64,000 nt of DNA. It comes from Iphione sp. A-MEVVRFRX5. Its lineage: Eukaryota. Location: positions 63,922,001 to 63,986,000 of the forward strand of contig OZ320316.1 in NCBI GenBank assembly GCA_976226885.1, in the 5' to 3' direction. This document shows positions 11,038 to 24,100 of the stretch, in pieces (position 1 is the first letter of the stretch; each line of letters starts with the position of its first letter). The position numbers and the translations under genes were made by a program. The notes below the pieces were generated by a model, which was not told where the DNA came from, ran no database searches, and was given only the letters and a program-made list of their open reading frames with translations.

Positions 11038-14000
11038 ACCTGCGGCCTGAACTCAATAACGCGAAACGACGACCGCTGGTGGGGGACTTGGGAAGGCATG
11101 GATCCATTTTGTTAGGGCTCCAGCCGTGCCAAGCACTATGGAGCAGCACGGCGAGATTCACCCGTGGAACATGCTATCGCCCCGATGACTGCCCGCTGCG
11201 GGCATGTAATAGGACGCAGTCAGGGGCGGTGTGACTAGCATGTCGCTTGGCCCTCACCATCACGCTGGGTGGCAAAGACACACCGCCCGCCGAGTCCGGT
11301 GTCAACCCGTTCAGGAGTGTAAAAACAGATGTCACACCCACTGGGACAAGGGTAAATGAAGCATTGATGACTTTCTGTGAAAGCCAGAAATAATAACAAT
11401 GAGTACATGTACTATCTACGGACATAGCGCGGATGTAATATATATTTCCAGGCGGTTATAGGGTAGTTCGTAGCTCAGTGTCTTTGACAAACGGTTGGTG
11501 GGGCTGCACCATGCCAGCAGCAGGGTAGAAAGGATTCGGACAGGGACGGGGACAATGGGTATAGATTATAGTGGAGATTAGACTCGGCATTGCGGAAAAT
11601 CACTCTGCGAGATAATGTTCCTAAATGGGAGGCGTTGCCTTGTACCATGTAACTCCCTACTTAAGCACTTGTCGGATTAGGGCACCAGAGTCAGGAAACA
11701 CCATGCTACAGATAAGAAAAACAACAATATATATGTGTACATGGGGAGATATGCAGTGTCTAAAGTCTACATGTACATCTGCGTGTATATCGCAATGATA
11801 TCAGCTCCAAGTGATGTCGGTAATTCGTATAAATGCCTGCATACATATGTGCTTGCATGCGGCGGTCCCATTTTATTCATGGGCAGACACCTTGCGTCAG
11901 TGTTTTTCTCCAAATGTGTCTATCGAATTTCTTGCTTTAATCTATCTCCCCACGAGGGATGATGCAGTCTTCCTCGAAGGGAAGGACCCTCCGCACCTTA
12001 GCTGCCTTCAAGCCTTGACCCTCCACCTCCCACCCCGCCGGCCACCACACCACCGGCGACTAGTGATTGGTCAGAGAGTGGAGGGTAGTAGGCCAACTGT
12101 CGCCTCAGATCCATGTTCTCCACGGCTGCCATGGGCCGCCATATGTACGACCGGCCGGACACACGTGACAAGCCAGTCGCACCGCCCACGTCCTGCGCGT
12201 TTATTGTTCGCCGCTCGGCAGGGTCCATAACGCGGCGTGACGCAGCCGCCTCCCCAACAATATTACATAAATACCTATAAGCAGCGTTTGCCCTTCGCCA
12301 GGGGTCCTCTGGCACGAGGCGTCCTGCAATGTTTGCCCCCTGAAAACTCGACTGCCCGTGCTGCCTGCCAACCACAGTGGCTGATGAGCCTTCGCCATCT
12401 TGGCTGCCATTTTGCTGGGCCCATCGAGGGTACACACATCTTTTACCCTCTGCTCGAAAGACCTATTACGATATTTATTCATCGCGCAAAGCCCCTCAAG
12501 AGCCTCATCGTCCACATCTGCACATCCTATGCGGGAGCACTCGCTTCTGTGCTGCCGACTGCTGCGGCTGAGGGGGGAGTCGATCGCTGAATAGACTGAA
12601 AGGATTCTGGCAATTCACATTAATGGATTGCGTCTGATTGGCATGTTCAGATAAAGACTAGACCATCACTATATTTATCTCTGCTAATTGCGCTTTGTTG
12701 ATGCGGCATCGACATGGAATAGCTGGCCTGCACTAAAGTGGGATCCGGTTCGTTTGCTCGGGGCCTGCTGCCATCGTTGGAGAGACGCTGAGTAGTGCTG
12801 GTCTGTGATATGAATCAGGACAGGCACAACGATGTACAGCAGAAGGAGCTACCTGCAGTTCACCTGCTGCTTAGCAGGACTGGACATCGCTGATGTCGAC
12901 CTTTAAGGCAAGCTTCTACTGCACGTTAACAATACACGCAATTAGCAGCCTACGTAACGCCTTCTAACTCCACGTAATGGCCTCAACCGTGCGTGTTACT
13001 TGAGGCCAAGCGTGAGACGCGCTTCTGACGTTCTTGCCGAATTCAATGTGCCATAAATGTCGAATCGGCCTTACATGAAAAGAACTTCTCAATGGCCACA
13101 CGCTGACTGAAATGTCGACGTCAAAAAGGGTCGCTCCACTTCGGAAACGGTCCGGGAAAGTTTCCAAAGTTTCGTCCGATGCTTACAAAACGTCGCATCT
13201 TTTTTCTGCCTACGTTTCATGTTGACTGGAGGCATGTGAAGGAAATGTCACACAAAATAGACACAGGTTTTACAAGCTATAATTGTCCCAAGAAAAAAAA
13301 ACGTGTGGTCTAAATCTATCACGTGTGAAAAGAGAAAGGTCATCCCTCCTCTGTTGAACTTTAAACTGAAAACCTGTTGATTTTTTTGCACACTAGTTAG
13401 GTAGCTTATTTGTTGAAGAGTCAGGAACCCATCTTCGGCCTGAACAGCTTTGGATGGCCTTTAATGTACTTCCAGTATACAGGCATACATACACTTCAGA
13501 ATCACATGGTAAAGATGTCTTTGTATTGGTTCTATTTTTGATTAATGCATATGCACCACATCTATCAATATGGCAATATTGATCACTAGGTGGTCTTGAA
13601 TGGGCACGGTCCAGATGGTAAGCCACTACGTAAGTCAGCCAAAATCTTACAGCGCAGCGAAAGCCATCCCTGCTGCCAGTGCTGCTGGGGAACACAATGA
13701 GAGCCTGGGTAATGAGTGGGGGTGGGCGGTGGGCAGTGCCGGACCAAGCAGCGGGGCGGCCCCTGCCGGTCAACGTCCGCTCTACGTCGCCAGGTGCGGA
13801 CATTACGTGAAGGACAAAGTCGATCTGGCAGTTTAAAACGCCCCAGGTAATTAATGTCTGCCGGATTGTATCCGTGACCGTGACACCGCCATCCGCTTCC
13901 TCTCCAGTAACAACGGTCAATGGATTATTGATTTGAATCGCACTGAGGTAAGGAGGGACTGCTGTTATCAAAAGTTTGCAGACAACCTGTTTATTCGACA

Positions 14001-17000
14001 AACAAATGTCCATGAGTGAATTGAGCAGCTACTGGTGAAGCACGTAGCCCACCAAATCGTCCTACCTGTCCGTTCAAACAGAGAGGATATAGCGAGAACG
14101 TTTACACGCCATTATCTCAATGTTGTGTTTTATATATATGCAAGCCGCCTCCAGATTAACTGCTTCCCCGACCACATCCAGTTTACGACAAGACAACAAG
14201 AAATAAAAAAAATTGTTCTTGTCTACAAAACTGCGGTTGAGATCCCCTCCATGCCACCGGAAGAAGTACCTGCTTTGCAGTGTACTTTAGGCTTATATGT
14301 AGTGAACTCTCCAGTCTGGTTCTACACGTTAAAAAGAGTTTTAAAAGGTCACCAACGACCCTCTAAAATGTTCTCCATCCATCTTAGAAGTTACGTCTGT
14401 CAACTAATAAGCATACATATCAAAGATGATTAACGCAAGAATTTTCTTTCTGATTGCAGCATTATTTGTTGCTTTTTCTACTTTAAACAGGGATAGTTTT
14501 TAATCGCGGCACACCATCTTATGCACGTGTCATGCTACAACCCATTAACATAACGGAGGTCCATAAAGACTGTAATTTATACATGTAAGTGGGTAAGGGC
14601 CCTTACGTAAGTGTTATTTCATGCAGGAATAAAACAAAGAAACATGTAATTCATTGTTTAATCTATATATAAATATTGAACACTAAGGTCAAATACTTCC
14701 AAATGCATTTTAATTGTACAAATTTGCAAATGTATGTACATGTATACATATACATATATATTACTATACTTGGTGCGCTAGAATGTAAGTTAGCATAGGC
14801 CTCCTATTTTACCCGCCTAATGATTCCAATTAAGCCGGATATAGTACATAATTGTATCCTACCTTCGTGTCGTGCTATCGTTACCGAACACAACTGGAAC
14901 TTTGATACATACCTGCAAGAGTAAAAACAGGCCAACGTTAAATTCATTACACACTGCCGAGATGTCTCGGTAAAAGAATAAACTGATCTGTCTCCTTCCC
15001 TACACATCCAGTTTCAGGTGATAATCCTTCTTAAACGATTAAAGTTTGCGCAGATTGACACCACGTTAAATGCAGGAGCTTGCTGCTCACAGTGAGTATC
15101 CTTCGTAAAGGATTAATTAATTAAGAGTTTGTCTATAGTTCCTGTCTCCTCTAGTCTTACCTAAAAATCAATATTTCAAATCAATATAGGCTGTTGTGGG
15201 AATTTAATTAAATTCGAAAAAAGCGCTTCATATTCCATCGACTTGCCAAACCAAGTGTTCATTAATTTTCAGAGCGATCTGTGTCAACATAAAAAGGCTC
15301 GAATTCATTTAAGACAACCACATGCATTTCATTCAGTCCCACTAATATGTGATGATCATCTTCAACCTTTCAATAGATATTATTTTCTAACACAGCTGGA
15401 GCATCAAAAGCTTATCCGGTTCATAGAAATGTGGGAGAGGGTGTCTGCTTACGACGCCAATGGTTATGTAAAACAGGCTGAGTTGAACAATGACAGGGCA
15501 AGCAATGTTATTTACCCTAAAAAAAATATGAAGCAGCACCATGGCCCATGACAGTGCCCATCTGTAGATCTACGAGCAAGAACAGGTTTCTGGATGCGAG
15601 GGGGGCGGGCGTCCGAAAAGTTCCCGTTTACACTGTTGTCTAAATGAGTCATAGCCATCACAGAGGAACCTGCCACTTTTTCCTCCTGCAAAATTTTTCC
15701 TCAATAGGGTAAACTGGATTGTGTACGTGTACCTCAATACATGAGATGCATATGTCTATATACGTTTACATATATACATGCATACATTTTGCAGAAGACC
15801 ACCTTTCTGTTGAGTTAATTCTATTCATAAGAGTTCAAAAAACCGAAGTAATTGGAAAAGAGATGAAAAAAGACGAGGCTTTAAGTAGAATGCTATTACC
15901 AAAGCCATAAGTTTAGTCCTCATTTCACTGTGCACTCCTTTTTGTGTTGCATCAATACTTTCTCATAAATATATTTTTAAAGACGCCATACCGTTGTGAA
16001 AATCTATAGAATAATTCAATGATGGCCCCTCAAGTAGGTCAATAAAACAATACAATTATATATGTATGTGTGAAAAAGAACTGACCGGGATGTCTAAAGA
16101 GCGATTATATGAAAGGGTCCTAGCATTCCAAATACACACTTGAGACACAAAACCAAGCGTCGGAATGTGTGTGCTACTTTTATTTTGTTCCACCTTTTTT
16201 TATCTAAAGGGCGGCAAATCGATAGGGTGTAGAAGCAAGGTGGCTGGTTCACCATTCCCTGGCGTGATATAACCTGCTGTAGCTTGGCCGGACGCCGACA
16301 ATGGCGCCTCACATGGTCTCCCGTACAAAGGAATATTGACACTGGACCTAGGTCGCAGGAGAGCACACAGGCGGTGCGCCTTGCTCCACTTCCTGCTCCC
16401 CCTTGTCGGCCTCCCCTCCGCCAGTCTCAAGTCGCTTGCCGAGTGCGCTCATCCGTGTCTGACAAACGGACAGAGTTTACCTTCTCCACCATGTGGTGGG
16501 GAGCGTGAGTCATCCGAGCACGGCTAACATACATCTTGCCTGCAGACACTTCATGGATGGGACTTGCATTGCCACCCCCAACCATTGCCACCACCAACAC
16601 CAAGACCCAACTCCCTCCCCATCCCTACCCCCACCCCCGCAACCATCCCTACCTACCACTAAGAAGCTCTCCACTTATCATCATGCACCCCACCAGAAGC
16701 AGTACGTCGCCATTGCATTTCCTGTCCTTCAAAAAGGGCCATGCACACAAACGTTCATTGTGGCATAACAATTAGGCGGTGAGTGTCAAGTTTAAAAACC
16801 TGCTCGTAAGTAAAATCTCCCAATTCATTTTTCATCGTGCTATCTGTGTCAACAATGAGTCTCCTGCCCAAGGGCGCCGATATAAATGCAGGTGGAACGA
16901 ACTGAGGAACACTCAGGCGCACACTACCGCGCGGACACACGAACACCGACACATGCCAAAACAGAGTAATATCTATAGACGAAGTAAATGCAAACTCTTT

Positions 17001-17689
17001 TTGAGAAAGAGCTTATTTAGAAACGCTCTTCAATTACGTTTCTAAGAAGCACAGTAGACGAACTATTCAAAATTTATTTATATGAACCGTAGATCGGTTG
17101 GCGTCAGGAAAATGAGAGACAACATCGTTAACGTTTGCGCGTAAAAAACGACAGCAACAAAGTTTCTATCGTCTTCTAAAATGGTGTTTTCCCTCGCCAT
17201 ATTCCCCAGCAACAAATGCCCTTTCCCATATCGCCAATAATTAAGTTGACCTCTTCTTGCCGTTTTAATTCTCTAGCAGCTGTTTGAAGACCACTGTTCT
17301 CTCCTGTTTATCCACGACTATAAATACTATAGATCTTTCCGATGAGGAAGCTCCCAGTTTGGGAACCTCCCTACAAACACCACTGAGGGAATAAGACCGA
17401 AATGGTTGCGATCGGTACAGATGTCAATGATCAGAATGCACTAACGCAGCATGAAGGGCATGTGAAAAACTAATTCCACATCTAGGATGAGACAGCCATG
17501 TCCGAATTTTATCTGCTGAATCCGATGGCAGGCACACGAACTATTCCACTGAACCAAGTCAATGGCAATAGCACCATCTAAACCAGACAAATGTAGAATC
17601 AACCAAATGCTTCGCGAAAATGACCTTTCACAGCCGGAAACTAATCTAGGATATAGACTAAGTGGTTCACAGGTATTTGGAAACTGAGG

Positions 17690-17752
17690 GAGTGAGTGAG
17701 TGAGTGACTGAATAAGTGAGTGAGTCTGTGTGTGTGTGCGTGTGTTTGTGTG
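17690..17752 (+). repeat. (GAGT)n-(GT)n microsatellite
   Basis: Direct reading. Confidence 0.85.
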
Positions 17753-19889
17753 AAGGTGGCAAGGATTCTGAATTGCCTACTCTAGAAAAAAAAACAAGCC
17801 AGGCTTGAAAGGACAGCCTTCTGTCAATCCCCTGGCCTAATTCCTGTGAAAAATGACTATTGGTCCCTGCTTCATCTGAAGTTGGTGGTAAATAGCTAAA
17901 ATTTGTACGTCTGAGCTGTTGGTCCGCCGTGATCAGCTATTCGCCATTTCTTTGCCAAAGGTCAGGATCATTTGGCAGAATCTGTGCCTTCAAATGATAA
18001 CACGCTCTAATTACGGACGACGGCATGGCCGAATAACCAGGGAGCAAAAGCTGCAGCAGATGAAATGATGAAAATTGGGAAATGATAAAAAGCTATTAAA
18101 CTCGTTTGCAAATTGTAATAAAGTCCTTTTTTGAAAATTCGATCTGAGAGCAGAGTCTGCTGAAAGCGGTTGGCGTTGGTGTTTTAATTAGGGTACTTGT
18201 TTGATGAATGATGAGGACTGATTGGAAAGGAATCAAGAATGACAGACACTCGTGCGAGTTGTTTCAACTGACCATGTTCCTTCCCTCCTGCTTCATTAGC
18301 ATGATGTACAAAACCTATTTAAAATCCATTAATGAAAGGGGACTACTTTTCCTGCCCGAGTAATGGTAAGTCTCTCGAGAACACCTAATGAAAATGACTG
18401 TGATGAGCGGACTGATTGAAGTAACCGATGAAATGAGGACTGCGTGCATACCATAAACAAGCTGAACACGGAGTCAATTCCCTGTACAATAATGTACATA
18501 CATATATCTTTTATGACCACTAAATCCAAATCGCTGCCTGTCTCTTGCGTAATTACATGCCTAGTGATCGCTTGGCGTTCCTATTGACTGAACCTTTAAT
18601 TGCGGGGTTCATTTGGTGCTTGGTTGCCATCGCGTATTTCTTTATGCCCACTGCCGAAAGAAACACGCGGGAAGCAAAACGTCTTTACACCCACATGTTT
18701 TGACATGAGCTCCAGGTGAACTCAATAAGAAATTTGCATTGTAAGGAGACTGAACCCATCGTCCGAGACGACGATGGCGGGTAGCCTGCCGAAAGGGCCC
18801 TATTCCCAGCACTTCTTCGCGCTCAAGCGCCTCTGGTCTTTGCTTATGCATACCACAGCCACCTTTTACCATATCCTGATGTCCTTTTCCGCCGGGATAA
18901 TCAACCGCGGAGATACGCCCAGCACTTATCAGAAGGGACGGTAACAGTGCTGAACGCATCTGACAGTGGGCTGCAGCTGTCGAACATACAGGCGGCGATC
19001 AAGACTCGGGGTGTTCAGCTTCGCCAAGTATACAGCCCCTGGCAGGCCAGCCGCCTGTCGCGATAAGCAGTTCTGCCACTTCTCTATATGTGCACTTACC
19101 GGTCGCCATGGCCTATCTATGCGGGTTCGGCAAGGCACAATATTTGGGCGGAATCTCCTGGCTTGGGGCATCCTTTGCTGCAAGCTCCCAGAATGATCGT
19201 AGGAGACTGGTCAATACCGTTTCCCCCTGTGGCCAAGTATTGAACGGTGGGGAGAAATGTGGGCTGTCACACCAGGGAGCAAGCCATATGCAGGATGGTC
19301 AGTGTCCCTACTAGCCAGTGAGTCAGTTGGATAGCACATGAACAGAAGCGAGATTTCCTTCAGCATTTGCAACGTGCCTTTGTTTTTTTTCATGACGGAG
19401 TATCTATTCCCTTCATCTTTATGTCTTCTCCTCCGCCTTCTGATCATTCCAGTTGCAAAAAGGTTGTATTGATCCCCCCCTGAGACTGATCCCCTCAGAA
19501 ACCTGAAGCATGGAAATTTTGCTAATATGAACTGCCGCTGCATTTCAATCCATTTTCTTCCCCCTGGAGCTGCAACAGCACAACTTTCTCTACTCTAATA
19601 CATGTACTGGTGCAGTACAGCTCGTATATTTGCAACAGAAACGTTATGCCATTACAACAAGTAAAAACTGCCAATTTACCACCCTGCTATATTATTATAT
19701 AAGTGCATTCCTGGTAGTATAAGATTATTTTTCGAAAATTGTATCTAACTATATGAGATATACCTGGAAATGTAAGGCCACCAGGCCTATCCAAACTCCA
19801 GAATAAATAAACGATTTAAAAAAAACACCGGAGTAGATGGTAAATAACTAGTCTTTTATGTCTATATAGATAAGTATATGCAGTAGTGC

Positions 19890-20089
19890 AACTCATCTTG
19901 GCGGCAATCCGATTTACGAGGGCAACTCAGAAGTTTACTGCATGCAATGGCTGATTTTCTCTAATACATGTATAACTGACTGAGTTGGCAAGGCGACCCA
20001 CAGTAAAGGGCAAAATTGTCCAGGTCTGTTGCGGGTTCTAATTCTGAGTTGTTATCGTAACTACCAGGGGATGCGTAACCGCCTGAGTT
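19890..20089. mobile_element. Mariner-like/foldback MITE
   Basis: TA + CGAGGGCAACTCAGAA (19917) ... TTCTGAGTTGTTATCG + TA (20057), 13/16 match. TACGAGGG is a typical mariner start. Looser outer arms AACTCA..GGCGG..ATCC. Confidence 0.45.
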
Positions 20090-21089
20090 CCAAGGGACCA
20101 GTTCTGTAATAAAAGCACATGTAACTTAAATGTATGTTATACAAAATTTGATAAAGATACTGAAACTGATAACCACCTGCAATGAAAGGTTGTGGCTGTA
20201 CCTGGGCGTCCCATTTGTCATACCTCATAACACATATCTAAAAAGCAAGAAGTTGGCATCTTTTATTAAGAGAACTCCGAACGATACACGACCTGGGTAT
20301 TATTCTACGCGACGTGGTTTTAATAATCGAAAAATTAATTAACTGCTACATGTTTGATATAAATGTCACGTCTGGGACTTGACACTAATCTCCCGACTAA
20401 AATAGTCCTGTCGAGCGAGGTCTACGAGCTGGACCGAAAACTGTAAAACATGAGGTAATCAACGAAGAGCACTTCCGTCTCCAGGGCGAACTGTGCTGCA
20501 ATGAGCCCTACTCCAGAAGCAAGCAGTTTGAACCGTACAGCGTGCTGCTCACAATGTACCACGATCCTATCGAGATATTTATAGGGGAAATAAGTAGGCT
20601 ACCTTCACGGGCGCTATCACCGACGTACACGACGGCCGCGATGATGAAAGACAAAAGGTGCTGTGGGGTAACACTTGCTCCGAGAGCGATCCAGTTTTAA
20701 TGCGCTTGTGCTATTTGCACCTTTTAATTTCTCGTCTATACTGTGCAGGTACTTCCGGCTCCAGAATTTTATCAGGCGGGAACACGCACGTCTGTTGTTC
20801 CTACTCACTTTAAAACGTAGTCTAATGAAAAATCAATCTGATCAAAACCTCTCATATGTAGATAACTAAACTTCACTCATTCTGAATGTATAACTGTAGT
20901 GTCAAACTCCTCAATACAACTGACGGTTGTCTCATTACTACTGCTTTTACTCTTGCAAGCCATCAATGAGCTGCTCACGCGGGCCCAGTGACTAAATCTT
21001 TAGGGAATTTCTTAATCAATCGGATATTGATGTCCCCCAATACATTCTGCAGCAATTCTGTGTGAAGGTGGCAGGGGTCAAGAGGCATT

Positions 21090-21104
21090 CCACCAGGGGG
21101 CAAC
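21090..21104 (+). promoter_or_regulatory. CTCF consensus-like site
   Basis: CCACCAGGGGGCAAC fits CCASYAGRKGGCR. Motif evidence only. Confidence 0.35.
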
Positions 21105-24100
21105 CTCTTAGCGCCACGAGAAGAGATCTGACACTAACAGGTCGTCGCAGCATTATGCAACGGCTCGTTATTAATTTCTCATATAGCGGACTCGCTGTGC
21201 GAGGCGCGGGCTGCATGAGAGAGATAGTAGGAATCGTTAAGAAGACTCTCCAGATTGGCACAACGTCAGGAGGTAAAGTAATAAACTATAAGGCGGCTGT
21301 CTGCATTCTGAGGCAATCTAAAAAAAAACTCAATCCAGTAATACTATGAAGCGGCAGATGGAAGGCAAAGACGGATATAGATAAAGCAATTTCATGCCAA
21401 TGCTTCTATTTCGTAGTAAGGAGCCCATGCGGACCAATGCCTTTATAGAGGACGTCAAATGCCTGCCCATGTGCGGTACCACCTACTACATACGTCCCCC
21501 TCCGAGAATAGTGATGGCAATGCTGAACTATTCATAAGCTTCTTCTGACGGCTGATCTGTCTTGTTGGTGGCACTGCCTGGCCACAATGTCGTTAACATG
21601 GCCGTCAGATTAAGGTGGATGCTGCTGGTTCCAGGCATGTCATTTCACAAGCCCTAAACAAGGTCGAAAACAGACTATGGATTGAGTACGATAGAATGGG
21701 CGATATCTCTACAGGTCACACAACCCTTCTTTTACACGTCGTTAACGAGCTTCATTTCCCCCATTAAAGCGATTACTCCCAACGCTGGCAGCAGACGTTT
21801 CAATAGCCTCTGTTCTTCATACTCCCAGTTCACAGTAAGGCCTTTGTACATGCGTTTGGGAGTGAGGCACTCATTGGCTGGTAGCGCCCTTCACGGAGGC
21901 CGGCTCTAAGCTCGAGCTAATCCTCGTCCTGTTGTATCAATGCAGCACGTGTTCGGGAGGTGTAGATTGAGGTGACACAAGGGAGGGTGTCTTGTTGTGT
22001 AGACTGATCAGGTAGCGATGGCTGCCAGCTGTCCATGCTCGGCTCCAGACCCCACCCCCACTCAGGTCGGGCTTGATACGTCGCATACCTCAGCCTGTAG
22101 CGGTTGGCCGTATCTGACAGGTCATCAGCTGTCCTGGCAGCGCCGCAACGATGGAGCTGGTCACCAGCAGTCTACCCAGGCTGGCACCGCCTTGGGCAGG
22201 AGACGGCGGCGGCGGCAGAGCAGCCTCTGTCCATCAGTAAGCCCTGCCTCATATTGACGACGGACAAAAAATTAGGCCCATCCCACCCGCAGCGAATACA
22301 AATGACTGCCAACCCACGTCGAGGCGGTGATTATACTCCCACGGCTCTCTGGTAATATAGGATGAATGCATTCATGAACTCGTGTACTTGATGAGTGTAG
22401 AGATAAATGAAAAATGATTGTGAAATATTAATGGCGGGAAGAAGGCTAATACAGTTACCTTTTAAAAAGCACGGCCTTCACTAGCCCGGATGGCTATATA
22501 TTTCTATTGTGATTCCGCAAAAACGTTCTAAATTAGAAGCAAATGGAGAGCTTTTCTGGCAAACCCATCGCGACGATGGATGTAAGGGGTCCAAAACAAA
22601 GGGAAGGCGACACAAGACGCCAACTGTCTTAGCAGCGGGAGAACTACCACTTCCTCTCGTTAAACTGAACAGAGTGGCATGCCATCTTTCTCGATATATC
22701 ACACAGGAAGCTGAGAAAGATGTGGAGTAATTGCCGACTGTCGGTGGAGGACTAAGCGGCTCCTGCTTACTACTAGCATATGAACCACCTCTACCCCCAG
22801 CCCCACCCCCAGCCCGAGAAGGGCCGAACCGTGGTGCCAGTTTAATCTATATTAACAAAATCATTTTTGATTCAGGGGATATGGGGCTGTTGGTGAGCGA
22901 CTTCCGTTGGTGTCTCCCCCCACCTAGACGATATCCATCACGATGTGGACATGTCCGTGCCGCTCTGCTGCCGCGCAGATGGAGAGATGGGGGGAGGGGG
23001 GGAGGCCGCCTCTCGTTAAAGCCACGACACGTAGCGTGTTACCTGCCGTGCCATCGATCTTTTGTCCACCTTCAAGGGACGAAGGTTTCAGGCATCAGAG
23101 TCCCACAGTCTTCACTTCACTCAAAACGCGTAAAGCCTTTCAAGAGAGGACACTGCTCGAGTGTCACTAAAATTGATGTGACGAAAAAATATAATGGCCG
23201 TGTTCAAAGTAAAGATGGACACAATTAGCTACAGTATTTCAGCGACCCCCCCCCCCAATACAGAGGCCAGGGATCGCTTCTCTCGCGATTGATGTGCGGC
23301 TAGGTCAGAGAGGGCTTGTCAGGGATTTCAAAATGGACCAGGGTATTATTGATATTGGCCTTAGGAACAGCGCTATTGGTTAGTGGAACTGATGGCTGTG
23401 GCTCCTCTATCTAATCACTGTGGATCTCCCGCCTCTCGCTCGCTCCATCTGGAAAGGGCCAGCGATAAATCAGACGAGCTCGCCGATCAAACCCGCTTGG
23501 CCAGGCAATAAATAGACCAGATGCTTTTCTCTGTTCTGCATGGCTACCTGCCGAGCTCTTTGACAAAGTAGGCGCTATCTTCACTAGGAGCCTCGACGTG
23601 GAGGAATGAAGCGAGGACATCAGCCTGCTGCTGGCCACAAGGACCAGTTGCAGGTAGAAGTCCCCCGGGGGAGGTTGGGATTCGGGGTTGGGGCGTTCCG
23701 AGGCTACTGCCAGCAGAAGACAGGCCAGCACATTACCAGAACGAATGTCTCAGTGACTGGAGGATTCCCCAGGAGTGTGGATCGCTATGAAGAATTAATG
23801 CATGCGCCAAAAAGTAGAGGTCAAGCAGAGATGCTTTTTCATTTTTTCCTTTCTTTCGTCTTTCTTCATGGCTTCATTTAATTCGACCCACTTTGATTCT
23901 TTTCTACATATATCATCTTCATTGTCTCCGTGAAATTCCCCTCGTCGTCTTACTTCCTCGCTGCTTCCCTCTAGACCTAATAAGGCAGTTGGGGCACGAT
24001 CGGCGACGTAAGAGAGCTTTATCGCAAGATAAGGAGCAGCGGCCCGTTCTGACTTATCAATCATAGCTCGATCAGCACCCGTATGATCCAACATGGCAAC

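Noticed and set aside
13393-14013. 206-aa minus-strand ORF, the longest outside Fat
   Set aside because: No recognisable motif, no Fat-like codon bias, no cadherin signature. An ORF of this length is within chance for six frames of 64 kb.
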